A DNA stretch of 64,000 nucleotides, taken from Orbicella franksi. Lineage: Eukaryota. The position numbers were made by a program, and so were the translations under genes. The DNA is taken from positions 18,476,001-18,540,000 of the forward strand of contig OZ116698.1 of NCBI GenBank assembly GCA_964199315.1. Direction: 5' to 3'. The notes beneath the pieces were generated by a model that was not told the origin of the DNA, did not search any database, and worked only from the letters and a program-made list of their open reading frames with translations. Within the stretch, counting starts at the first letter, position 1, and each line of letters begins with the position of its first letter. This document shows positions 24,531 to 36,994 of the stretch, in pieces.

Positions 24531-24749
24531 AAATCTTTTTCTCCGCGTTGTGACAATTATCATAATCTGCGTTACTTAATGATTGAGTCAATAAATTAAT
24601 CATATTCACTCATTTATGAACTCTCACTAACAGGCCATTTTCCGAGTTCTGTTTCAAAACGAGTCATGACTCACTCGATCATTTTGAGACAGAGGCAAAA
24701 GACGATTTGGAAAGTACTTATTGCACGGCTGGCGCTACTTGGAAATTTT

Positions 24750-25026
24750 GGCCACGTCCACACCACGCCGGAGGAATTAAAAAACTCAACAATCACTGGC
24801 CATTTTGGATTTGTGTTTGAGGAAACCTCGATCAAGGGAACATCATGATTATCGTGACGTCATTGTTTTCCAAAAGCTCCGCTTTCAAAATGTTTTCTGT
24901 CCACGCGAAAGCGAAAAGCCCGCGTTTCAAGTTTCCCCTCTCCGTTTTGAAAGAGCTCCGTTTTTGTGACGGATTAGCATGGATGGTAGACCTTACCGTA
25001 GAAATAAAGTTGCGTTTTCAAATTTC
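24750..25026. mobile_element. Family A MITE, right end deleted
   Basis: GGCCACGTCCACACCACGCCGGAGGAATT start; body matches 8835-9134; ends at GTTTTCAAATTTC. Confidence 0.75.
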
Positions 25027-25960
25027 ATCAGCAAAATGCATTGCGCGTGGCGCGATCCTTTTATTCTGGTTTTCATGTCACACGAAATTACCGAAGTTGA
25101 GGACACGGGGATGATGCCAGCAAGGCCTTCGAGGTTTCCTCTTTGTTGGAAACCTTACGGATGAAATGAACTGATTTATCCCGGATAAACGTTTCTGTAG
25201 AAGTGAATCTAGAGGAGTAGTGAGTAGTGCTGCTTCCTCCTCCCCCTCCCCACCTCTGGATGAGATGCTGTGTGTAGCTCAGCATTTTTCGTGTTTCCAT
25301 AACAGCTGGTCGGTGCTCATTGAAACTCGTGGGTGAACAGTGGCACTGTGGGTAAAAGGTGTCTTCCCATACCACACGAGGTAATGACCCGACTGGCTGA
25401 CTCCGCGGGTCACTAGATCTAGAGTCATTTGGTGACCGGTTTGGGCTAGCAGAAGAAACAACAATAAAACCAAAGTCTTCAGTACAATCTAAGCAATCTT
25501 CATTATTTCTGCCAACACAGGTATAAAGCATCTATTTACGCAGCTTTGGACATTTACTTAAGTATTGAGTGAAGTTTGCTTCTTCCTTAGAAAAATGTGT
25601 AATTTTCTCTCTCTTTAACCAAGACATGCTCTTTATTCTGAATAATTCAATGCGCTTTCGATTAAGGGAGAACTAGCCTGCGTGATAAGCAGTGGAAACC
25701 GCCGGGATACAGACCATTTAATTAAAAGGGAGACACGTCCCACTGCATCGCAAGTCAGGGAAAACATAATAGTCAGTGATTATACAAATGTGTTGGTTCA
25801 TGTGCAGTGATTGAAGAATTTGAATACTTCACTAGTCAGATGGAACGATTCAATTATGGCAAAGACTGGCGTCCTTCAGAGCTGTGTACTCTGTACGCTT
25901 ACTTCTCTAGGACGTTGGCAGTTACAAAAGCGCCACTACTTTTTCGCGTAAAATTGGAAC

Positions 25961-28900
25961 ATGTCGGAATCCAGCAGAAGCCAAACAGCAGCTCTGTCAG
26001 TAGCTAACGACTGTGATGGGATTAAACTCAACAACGGACAGGAACGCGAGCGACTGCGCACAATCACAGCGTTTTTCATTTTTGGAACTTTGATTTACGC
26101 AACATATTCCTTGGTCATTGCTGGTGCTCAAGATATTCTAGCGGGAACGTCAATTCCAACTTCTATATCTCTCATCGCATTGATTGCACCGGGTTTTCTT
26201 GTTACTTTAATCGCGCCTTATTTCATGCATAACATTCCGTATATTGCTCGCATAATGACGTTTTGTTGTACGGGAATCGGTGGTTTTCTCATGCTAGTGT
26301 TTGCCAAGCAAGTTCATTGGAAATTAATCGGAGTTGGGATTGTGTCGTTTGGAAGCAATTTTTGTGAAATCACTGTTTTGGCTCTCTCGTCGTTTTATCA
26401 CGAAGCAGCGTCGACAGCTTTTTGTGCCGGAACGGGTGCAGGATTTGTGATAGCTCCCCTATATTACACAGGTGAGTGTTTATACGTTGAAATAAGCGCC
26501 AGTATTTCATTCAATTTTTTATTATTATAGGACTGGTTAGCGTGCTGTTGAATGAGTCATCACTCCAGCAGTCCCACGATTTGCCCCCAACAAAATCTGC
26601 GTCACGTGATTAGCTATTTCTACGCCCTTCTAGGATTTCCGAAACCACGAGTCATCTAAAAATAGTTTGAAACTGATTTATCTTAGTTTGGGAAAAATGC
26701 CTGTATGGGGGATTAGCTCTCCTAATATTTATCCTGTCTTGTTGAAGCGTAAAAATTTGAACAACACCTATACTTTTTCTATTGCTGAGTGGCCGAATTG
26801 ATAGAGCTTTAAGGTTTACGGCAGTTGAGCCGAAGCCAATTCATCGCTTATGTATTAAGTACTTTTTAAAAAAGTGGTAAAGTAAAACAATTATTACAAA
26901 AATTACCTTCGGAGAACGTTTTCTACTTCTTGGAGACTTTTTATCTGAAAAAGCAACATTGTTTAAGCTTTATTATTCTTGTCTTGTAGCCATGACAACG
27001 TGGGCCTGTGTTTCACCAAATGCCACAATTTTAATCATGGCGGCCATGTTGTTTCTGGGCTTTGTTTGCTACTATGTCATGGACAAGAAGCATTTAGAGT
27101 CCCCCAGTCCACCAACGGAGGAACATGCCGTAGTAGAGTACACTGTCCTTAATACTCAAGGTAAAATATTTTCGGCTGAAATAAATATCCACACCAGCCG
27201 GGTCTTGCAAAAACTGGTTTTCCTCCAGCATGAAATATACGGGGATAGGCACTGAAGGTAAAGTCTCCATAAGTGGCTCATCAGGCCGGAGCTTATCCCA
27301 GTTTCTGTAGCATGAAGCGACAAGGAGTATTTCTACTCCCCCCTGGATGGGATGCTAGTCCATCGCAGGGTTACCCCAGGATTACGATCGCCGATACGCA
27401 TTTATACACCTGGGTGGAGAGAGGCACTGTGAGAGTAGTGTCTTGTCCAAGAACACAACACTATTTCGCGGCCAGGGCTCGAACCCGGACTGCTCGATAC
27501 TGCTCGGAGACGAGCGCACTAACCATGAAGCCACCGCGCCTCCACGAAGAGACACTTTTAAGCTCCGGCGAGATTTTCCGAGTATAAAAACGCTCCAAAG
27601 CATGACTTAAAACTGGTAGACCGTATGAACTGGACCATATGCTCCCTTTCCGAAACATTTAGGCCACAATTATGAGGATAACTATTATGATAATATTATT
27701 GGTGCGCCATCGTGATTGCACTTCGGTTAACCCAGTTTCTCTCTTTAACGTTCGGTCACTCGGAAACTGGAACTTTTGCAAATTTAAGTCTAAATTTGCA
27801 CTTCAAAAAGTTAGCGGGGTGGAAAACCTACCATTCTTTGTTATTCAACAACAGAGTATCCTAACTAGGAACACACACAAAAAATGCCTTAGATTAGGTA
27901 AGATATGGCAAACTCGACTCAAGCCTGTCAGGAGAGGGGGTGGGAAACTCCTTGAATTGCTGGCTCATCGCTGCGGGGAGAAGAGTGAGTAAACTAGTTG
28001 AAGCAATCGTGAACCAAAAAGACTGAATTAATTATTATGAAAAGTAGGTAGCCTTCCATAAGGAGTCCAGGCTACAGAGGCAAGTTAAAGTACCAAATAA
28101 TGCAGTTCCAAGCAAGACTAAGAGAATTTTAGAGCGATTGGCTTAGTCAAATTTCCATTTGACTAGCATAACAACAACAACAAGCTTTCATTCCCTTGGT
28201 TTAACACAAATATTTTTACAAAATTGTATATCACTAGAGTTAGGGTCCTGGCTACCTGAAATAACTAAAGAGTTAAAAAGGGCAGGCAGCCAGGTCTACA
28301 GATGTATTAATACACATACACAGAACACATAGTGAGCAATAAATAAGTGCTATACTAGAACATTTGGTAATGCTATAGAATAGGGGGAATGTAGAGCAAA
28401 TAAAAGCTAATAGAAAGAAATAGACCAGAACAGCCTTACAGATCCATAATGCAAGTGTTCCTAGTATTTTTCGAAATATTGATCTTTTATCATTTTCTTG
28501 AACATAGATAAGGATAATAAGTTTACATCATAATTCTAAATTGAGGGGCCTTGAAACCGAATGTTAAACTTACCATAGTTTTTGCATAAGGAAGATGGTA
28601 AGACTATTTAGCTGCAAGTCTAGTATTGAAATTATGGACATTGCTTACTCTTGTCAAAACTAACAACTTGTCATGCTTTAACAGATGATGGATGTCAGAA
28701 CTCCAAAAGAGACGACGACAATAGCGTAGAATCAGCAGAGGAGAACAGCAATGATGGTGGCCCTTTCTCTTTTCCAAAAGTATTTATGGTCATTCGTCAG
28801 ATGCTGCCTGGTCTGATGTCGATTTTTATCGCATGGTTCTCAGAATATATGATCATTCAATCTGTCGTTACAACCCTAGCTTTTCCCCACGCTCCCTTCA

Positions 28901-29397
28901 AACCACGTGACCACTATCAGTATTACATCTTTGTTTTCATGGGGGGAGCGGTGGTTGGAAGGTCATATCTTGTGGCGTTGTCCTATGTCAAACCAGAATG
29001 GGCAGAAAAAGTTAAATTCCCGTATCTTTGGGTTCTTTCGATGATAGAAGCCATGCTTCTTTTGCTCCTCGTCCTGGCGACCTGGTACCGATTTTTACCG
29101 AGTGTGTGCATCGTTTTGCTGCTGGTATTTGCCAGCGCTGCAGTGGTTGGTGTTACCTATGTTAATGCAATAACGTACTTTAGGGATAGCTTCAAGGACC
29201 GTGATAAGGAGTTCGCCATGGGATTCTTTCCTGTGGCCGTAACTGGGGGCATTTTTGCTTCTGCTTTGTTAGGCCTTTACGTTGAGCCTATCTTACGCGA
29301 GCATTGCACAATGTTTACAAATAACAGCGACTTTTGCTTTACAAGGTCAAAGTCCCTTAATCGTTTTACTTCAACATGTATTATAAAACCTGATTAA
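25961..29397 (+). CDS. CLN3-like: CLN3/battenin-like, copy 3 (3 exons, 464 aa)
   Basis: Exons 25961-26471, 26990-27160, 28685-29397; GT-AG, phase 1/1; 1395 nt open to stop; very similar to copy 2. Confidence 0.9.
27256..27545 (-). mobile_element. tRNA-derived SINE in CLN3-3 intron 2
   Basis: Same family as 17370-17668; absent from the equivalent intron of copy 2. Confidence 0.85.
28170..28660 (-). mobile_element. 5'-truncated CR1/L2-like LINE fragment
   Basis: Minus strand encodes RVSNVHNFNTRLAAK*SYHLPYAKT / GKFNIRFQGP, resembling the ORF2 C-terminus. Ends in a (GTT)n tail; TAACAAC on both sides is a possible TSD; absent from copy 2. Confidence 0.7.
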
Positions 29398-29802
29398 ATG
29401 ATTAAAAATCCGTTGATATGTACTACATACAATTATTGCTGTTATTGCTGTTATTTTTCTACTGAACTAGACTCGTCAGGACTGAGTATCACCAGAACTC
29501 CAGTCAAATCAAAACTATTTTCGTCTCGTGTTATCTCTCCCGGGTGAGGCAGGTCTTAAAAAGAAACGTTTTTGGTTACGGTCGGTTTGATCTTTTTCGT
29601 TATAATAATTATCATAATTTTCGTTACTCAGCGAATTGAGTCAATAAGTTTATCATTCACTCATTTATGAACTCTCACTAACAGGCCATTTTCCAAGTTC
29701 TGTTTCAAGACGAGTCATGACTCACTCGATCATTTTGAGACAGAGGCTTCTTGGAAACTGTTTATTGCACGGCTGGCGCTACTTGGAACTCGAAATTTAT
29801 GT

Positions 29803-30153
29803 TCCACCCACCACACCACGCCGGAGGAATTTAAAAACTCAACAATCACTGGCCATTTTGGATTTGTGTTTGAGGAAACCTCGATCAGGGGAACATTATG
29901 ATCATCGTGACGTCATCGTTTTCTAAAAGCTCCGCTTTCAAAATGTTTTCCGTCCACACGAAAACGAAAAACCGGCGTTTTCAAATTTCTCCATACCGTT
30001 TTCGAAAAGCTCTGTTTTTGTGACGGATTAGTGTAGACGGTAGACCTAACTGTAGAAATAAAGTTGCAATACTAGACTTGCAGCTTTATAGTCTTACCAT
30101 CTTCCTTATGCAAGAACTATTGTAATTTCTCCGGCGTAGTGTGGACGCTTCCT
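29803..30153. mobile_element. Family A MITE interrupted by a 59-bp insertion
   Basis: Body matches family A; right TIR CCGGCGTAGTGTGGACGCTTCCT; foreign sequence at 30067-30125. Confidence 0.75.
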
Positions 30154-31255
30154 TAGTTTGAGGCGAGCGGCTTTGCCGCTCGATCATCGCGCTCGCTATT
30201 TTCGCGTTCATCCTACACTGATCTTATGGGTTTTAGAGCAAAAGAGAGTCTAGCTGTTCGCAATCTAGCTAAATGCGAACTTCACTTTCACTCCCACGCG
30301 TGGTTAGTTTACCAGGTTAGAGCAATTTTAAAGCAAAAAGATGCCTTACTTGTCGGCAGCTTTTACCTTCACTTCTAAATACATGTGTACAACCGCCACC
30401 CCACCAGCCACCCCACCGCAACTGTTTGCACCTACAGGATTATACCAGTACCATCTCCCCTCGGGAGAATTTTTCTTCCATTCAGTCTCTCTGATCGTTT
30501 AAATTTCGCGCTCGTATGGTAATCGGAAATTTCAAAAACTCCCGCGGGCATTTAAAGCTTATACCGCCATTGTTTCAAAATGGCCATATAAGACCAATTT
30601 TAGGTCTTGTAGCAATGCCTATTGTTATCAATGTTGAGCCGGTTTTCTTGATACGTTCCACTTAAAGAGCCCATTTCCACGCTTGATGCATTGCGCGTCA
30701 CTATCTCTTTATTGTGGTTTTCGTGTCACACGAAATTTACTGAAGTCGAGGCATAGGGAAGTTGCGGTTCCCACTCTGTTGAAGACCTTAACGGATAAAA
30801 TGAACTGATTTGAAAGCTGGACAAGACTGAACTATTCACGCGCTACATGCCATGGAATTCGATTCCGATTAATGACGTAACAGGCGTGGTTGGAAAACAG
30901 TTCTTCGTCAAATAAAGAGCCAACAGGCTGTAAAATCCAAATTTATGTTCTTGACAGATGTGGATTGAACAGTTTGCAACTGCATACTGTCTTGGGATAC
31001 ATCATAGAATTATCACAGATTAAACAGAACTGAGAAACCTCTCGTACATCAAAGCCAAGGTTAGTTAAGGTTTAATGATTTTTTTCATCAGCCTAGCATT
31101 TCATTCTCGAATACACCTCGAATACACCAAAAACAAAACAGTTCTTAAACTAAGAATAAACGTCAGCCACTAAAGTAATGTTAAACATTGAACTGATTAT
31201 TGTGATTGTTTTTCCCACTAGATAAAAGGTATCGGCTGTTTGGACAATCGTGTGA

Positions 31256-31496
31256 GGGCTGGGTTGTTCAAAGCCCAAATAAGCTAACCTAGGAATCAGT
31301 GGGAATTTTGATTTCAGTTTTGCATTTTTCCGTTGAGGTTTTTTGTTTATATTGTTTGTCCTTCAGTTTTTGAACATGAATAATCTCGAACTACACAACT
31401 TAAACAGTGAAAAACATTTTTATACCAGAGAAATTAATACCTCAGGTAACTTTTAATCATTGGTTAGCGTTTACCGGCTTTCGAACAACCCGGCCC
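31256..31496. mobile_element. MITE-like element
   Basis: TIRs GGGCTGGGTTGTTCAAAGC / GCTTTCGAACAACCCGGCCC. Confidence 0.7.
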
Positions 31497-32717
31497 AGCT
31501 GATATCTAAGCCACTCAAAGCTGGCCCACAAGTCTCGCCAGCTTTGAATTCATCTTCATAGCTTTATTTTAGTTAATTTTTTTAAAAAAAAACTTCATTT
31601 CTATCTTCAGGTAAATCAAAAAGTTTGACTTTAAGCCATCAATGAAAATTACGCTTTAATAAGAAAATTGAACCTTCAGTAAATGTTAATCCTGGATTAA
31701 AAATATTGTGACTGTGAACCTGCGCCTGTCGCAGGTACGTACGAGCACTGATGTCTGCCATCTCACTGCAACTCAGAATTTCTCCACATTAACGAGTAAA
31801 ACTTCCAGAGGTGACTGTTTTTCTCGTGCAATTTGGCTGCTGGGTATTTTAAAAATTCAGTCATTCAAATTGCAGGTATAAGTATGTTTGAAGTCAACAA
31901 TCCAATGCGAAAGTTTTTTTTGAAGCTAAGCAAATCAAATGTTTGTTTGGAGAGATTTGAGGTCGATGTTTTTTTACAGTCCCTAGCGGGAGCTATTTGA
32001 AAAATCCCTACAAAAATCGGCAGTAAAATCATACTCTCAGATGACTTTTTGCAGGTTGAACAAACTATATGAGCCGGTGAGAATCAACGTGCAAGAACTC
32101 ACGCTGACTCTGGAAACAGCTAAGCAGGTGGTTTTAGTTTCTGTGAAGAATTAACAGGTGTTCGCCGATTGACTAAAAAATGATCAGACTTCTAAACCAA
32201 ATGTAATTCCTCTCCATTTCCTTAAATAGTTGGGAGGTTTTTCGAACTAAAATAGACTTATACTATTCAAAAACATAAACGAAAACTGACATTATCGTCG
32301 GGCGCGTTTTCTTTTTTCATTTCAGTGATTTGACCACCTTGATGGAAGTAAGATGTTATAAAGAAACAGTGGTTAGTTGTAATCGAAATGCGTGGTTTCT
32401 TTGAATATGAATCCGGCATTTTTCACTATGGGCAAATACCAAATGTAAATAAACCCAAATTGTTTTTGGTCTCTGTTGGCTAACCTAATTTGCATATGTG
32501 CGTTTTAACAGGAGTCAGATGTTTAATCTTGGTACAGTCAAGTCAAGCCGCCAAGCTACAGAAACGGCGTTGTTGCCGGTGAGATTTGTTTACAAGAAAG
32601 CGCCTCTTTAAACGATGCACTGGCCTAAACCTTAGAGATTTATTTTAGTGCCGGATAAAATCATTTCTTTGTTCCACGAAAGACGTCGGCGGAGTCAACC
32701 ACAAGCAATAGCAAGGG

Positions 32718-35247
32718 ATGGCAGACGAAACAACAGAACGTGAAACGACAGAGATGGAGTTATTCCCCGCTAAAGAGGAAAATCACCAAGCGAAAGAAAA
32801 ACCAGTAACAATCCTTGCTTTCTACATTTTCGGCTTCTTGATTTATGCGATTTACTCACTGATAATATCGGGTGCTCAAGACATTCTTGCAGGAACATTT
32901 GTTCCCACATCAGCCGTGCTGGTTGCCAACGTCGGACCATATTTTGTCATCACTGTGGTGGCTCCGTATTTCATCCAAAAAATCGCGTATTTCCCCCGTG
33001 TGATGGCCATATTTTTTCTTGAGGCTACAGGACTTATCATGGTGGCCACAGCCAAGCGAGTTGGAGTGAGATTGTTGGGGGTTTCATTATCTTCGTTTGG
33101 ATTTGGTTTAGGGGAGTTATCTTTCATAGCCATGACGTCTTTCTACCATGATACGGCAGTTAGCGCCTTCTCAGCCGGTACAGGGACTGGTATTTCACTA
33201 GCGCCCCTATATTACACAGGTATCTTGTTTATAAGACTAACTATTCTTACCATTATTTACTTTATGTGCATCATAGTTTTTACTAACTTCTAATGTGACT
33301 CAATTGAACTGTGGCCGATGCAAATATTGTATTTTATTGTTCCAGTGTATTGCCAGCCCGAAATTCGGTTAACTTATTATCCGTTCGGGCAGTCACAGGG
33401 TTTTTGAATGAGTTTAAAAAATGATTTATAAGTTAAGAAAATTAAAACTTTGAGTTGCGGACTCAAAATGCACTGTCACAAGTCAAAAAGTTGCAGGAGT
33501 AATATACGTGAGTTGAAAATAATAATACAGTGTTGTCGATCTATTATACACGGCATCTTACTGATAAAGGTGTTTCCAGCCTTTCAGTTCTGTGTATATT
33601 GTATTGCTAATCAATGGAAGATATCTAATAATTATAACAAGAAGCAATTGCCTAACGTTTATTTTTTTTGTGTTTGAAATGATCCCGAAAACAGTTTGCA
33701 GAAATCAGCTAAAATCAATTTTAAATTCCCTAAAATTCATGCAGGTGAAAAAGTTAATAGAATCATGAATTATAATGTTGGTCACGATCGCTTGTCATTC
33801 AATTTGGTTTAATTTCAAACAAGGCTTTGTCAGTAATATTTCGCACGAATTTCTCCAATACACCACCAGCCTTCTGATTGGTTAACTCGGAGGTGATAAG
33901 CAAAGTACTATTCACCTCCACTTCACTGAATAATTGCTAATTTACGCCAAGGAACTAAAACATGCCACAGATGTTCTTATTCAAACTTTGTTGATTAACG
34001 CCCCTTCCGAACTATGCCGGAGGAATTTGAAAACGGAGCTTTCACACTGAAAACGCATGAAATGTTTTCCGTCCACACTAGGCCGGAGGAATTTGAAACG
34101 CAACAATAACTGGTCGTTTTGGATTCGTGTTTGAGGAAAACTCGGTCGAAATCACATGATTATCGCGATGCCATCGTTTCGAAAAGCTCCGTTTTCAAAA
34201 TGTTTTCCGTCCACACCCCAACGAACAGCCTGCGTTTCCAAATTCTTCCGGTTTGAAGAGCATTTTTGAAAAGCTCCGTTTTCGTGACGGATTAGTGTGG
34301 ACGGTAGGCCTAACCGTAGAAATAAAGCTGCGTTTTCAAATTTCTCCTGCGTAGTGCGGACGCTGCCTCTATAACTCAGTGGTGCATTTTTATTTTTATT
34401 CTATGAAGGACTGAGCACGATTTCTCTCTATTCCACAGCCATGACAACATGGGCTTGTGTGTCTCCCCCCTTGACCATTTCTATCATGGCTGTCAGTTTG
34501 GTGTTGCTGTTGATATTCTACGGTCTGATGGAGCGAAAGCACTCTCAGTCTTGGCAGTCTACAGCAAACGGAATCACTCACAAGGACATTCAATATTCAC
34601 CTATCGAGGAACAGGAAACAGACATCGGTGATGAGCATTTAACTTGGAAGGAAAAATGTTCAGCGATCAAAAGTGTGCTACCGATCATTGCTTCCATAAT
34701 CAGTGCATGGATTGCAGAATATCTGATCATCCAATCCGTCATCACCACGATAGCGTTCCCGAGCGCTCCGTTTCCACCTCGCGACCACTATCAGTATTAT
34801 ATCTTCGTTTTCCTGTTCGGGGAACTGTTCGGTAGATCGTATTTGATCGTTTTATCGTATCTCATGCCGAATGTAGCTCGAAAGCTAACCATACGCAGAA
34901 TATGGTTTCTTGCTGTAGCAGAGATAGGAATTTTACTTTTCTTCTTGCTGGCGGCTTGGTACCGCTTTTTAAGTGACGTTTCTATAGTTTTGGTTCTTGC
35001 CTTCATCGGTGGTCTGGTAATTGGCGTTATGTACGTAAATATGTTAGCGATTTATTCCGAAATCGAGGAGCCGAAATCCAGAGAGTTTGTTCTGGGGTAC
35101 GCCTCTGCTGCGACTGGCGCTGGGGCGATTACCGCTGGCTTGTTAGGATTGCTGATCGAGCCGTGGTTGCGTCGTCACTGTTTAAGTGTGGCAGCAAATA
35201 GCAGCTTTTGTTTCACTCGTTTGCAGGGAGGTGGAGTTTGTAAATAG
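32718..35247 (+). CDS. CLN3-like: CLN3/battenin-like, copy 4 (2 exons, 436 aa)
   Basis: Exons 32718-33219 and 34439-35247; phase-1 GT-AG intron at the same YYT^ site as in the other copies; 1311 nt. Confidence 0.9.
33997..34368. mobile_element. Family A MITE (longest copy) in CLN3-4 intron
   Basis: Internally repeated GCCGGAGGAATTTGAAA; right TIR GCGTAGTGCGGACGCTGCCT; ends 70 bp before the splice acceptor. Confidence 0.75.
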
Positions 35248-35497
35248 ACAAAGCAAACAACGACAGCAAGAGAATTTTTTCAAGCATTAATTTTGACTGG
35301 GTTCACTTAGGATAGTACTGATTCAAACCAGAATGGATTCGAACGAAATAGATTTGTAATTGTTTCCCAACAGGGAACACAAAAATAACTTAACATAGCT
35401 ATCCGCTTTGCTTAAATTTAAATTTGCAATTGCTGTTGTATGGTCTGTTTGATTCAATGCTGTTATATGGTCTGTTTGCTCCAATCAATACAAGTGT

Positions 35498-35545
35498 AAA
35501 ACAAACAAACAAACAAACAAACAAAACAACTAACAAACAAACAAA
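35498..35545. repeat. (CAAA)n microsatellite
   Basis: Direct reading of the sequence. Confidence 0.9.
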
Positions 35546-35759
35546 TAGGGCAAAATTCACCGATCGTTTTCAACAGTTACAGGTTGGTGCTACATATAAA
35601 CAACCCGCAGGTGCAGGTAGTTTCACTCTAGGTTTAGGAATTGTCTCATGAAGACAACTGCGTCTCTAAAATTATAATTAACTCAAATACCGATTGAAGC
35701 GCAGAGAAGCGTTTTTAAAAAAGAACTGTCTATGTTGCGGAATGCATTTTACCGTACCA

Positions 35760-35982
35760 AATAAGGTGTGGTAGTTCTTGGAACAAGGAAGCTGTCTGTT
35801 ATGATAATGTAGGCAGAGTTCATATGGCGTTTAGTCTTCTCACTGGGGCAAAAGGGACTGTATCTAATGACGAGATGGTACAGTCCATTAGGGGTAGAGT
35901 TTATAAGAAGTAAATGTTGGCCTCCTGAAGGACCTGTAGCCGAAATGTTATTGCTCCACTGCGGAAAATTGTTCGAGAACAT
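35760..35982 (-). mobile_element. Possible degenerate LINE ORF2 C-terminal relic
   Basis: One minus frame reads WTVPSRH*IQSLLPQ*ED*TPYELCLHYHNRQLP, loosely resembling non-LTR RT C-termini. Confidence 0.3.
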
Positions 35983-36994
35983 ACTGACATTTGTCTGTAA
36001 AAAGAACTGAACATGATAATAATAATTATGCAGTCAATACAAATGTTGATATGCTTGAATCACCGCAGTTTGTAAATTAAATTAAACAGAGGCTATTGTT
36101 TTCGAGTATCATATTACCCTGATTTGCTTGCTGGTAGAGTCAGCTTTCTTTCGACCCATGCCTCCTGAGAGTAAGCACCGAGCACAAGAAAGTCCTTGAA
36201 GTACACCAGTTTAGTTCGTTTATTTTCCTCTAAGATGAACACCTCTTCAAGGCAAAGCTGGTTCCTGGCATGTTCACTACAGCGGGGAACTGGTAGGAGA
36301 GCTCAATTCAGTTCTTTTGCAATTTTTAGTCTTTTCTATAACAGAGCCAAATCACAGCGAAACTTTGTGCTTTGTCGATAGTTTAGGTAGGTCTTGTCCA
36401 AAATTGTCCGAAATTCGTCACGGTCGAAGCAAATTTACTTTAATCCCCCATAATTCATGTCGGCCATTGCAGTTTAGTCCGTTCAGCTGGTGGACTTTTG
36501 CCACCTGTTTAAACTGTCATTAGTTTGTTTTTCCTTGATCAAAACGTCAGCGATTATTAGAGAACCTTGGAGAGCTCAAGTATTTTAACATCTGGAGATT
36601 TACCACCATTTCCAAGTCCAAACCAGAAGGAAGACTCTCTTCACGGTTGGCGGGTTACTGAGTCGCAAAGAAACGGGATTATCTTGAATTACCAGCTAAA
36701 AATCTTACATTCAAGTTTGATCAAGATCCAACCCTTGTTTCTTGTTTCTTTGTGGCCACCAGGTTGTATAACGTAAGCCAACGGAATGTGTCCTTGGACA
36801 ATCAAAATTTTATTGACGAGTTGTGTACCATGACGTGAGAGTCAAACGTCTCTTGGCTTTGATCGCTCTCATCGTGAAAATCACGCTCCCACAAGTTTAA
36901 TATTATATGGAAGCTTCCGATTTATCAGTTAAAGGGAAGGAAAGCAAACCAAGAGGAACCTAATTGCTAGTGGTCGACTTTGAAGAAGCTCAAA

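Larger units (their letters stand above)
19936..30811 (+). repeat. Tandem segmental duplication: unit 1 ~19936-25177, unit 2 ~25178-30811
   Basis: Upstream, exonic, intronic and 3' sequences align. Both units start TCCCGG...AAACGTTTCTGTAGAAGTGAA and end ...GGAT(G/A)AAATGAACTGATTT. Confidence 0.9.
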
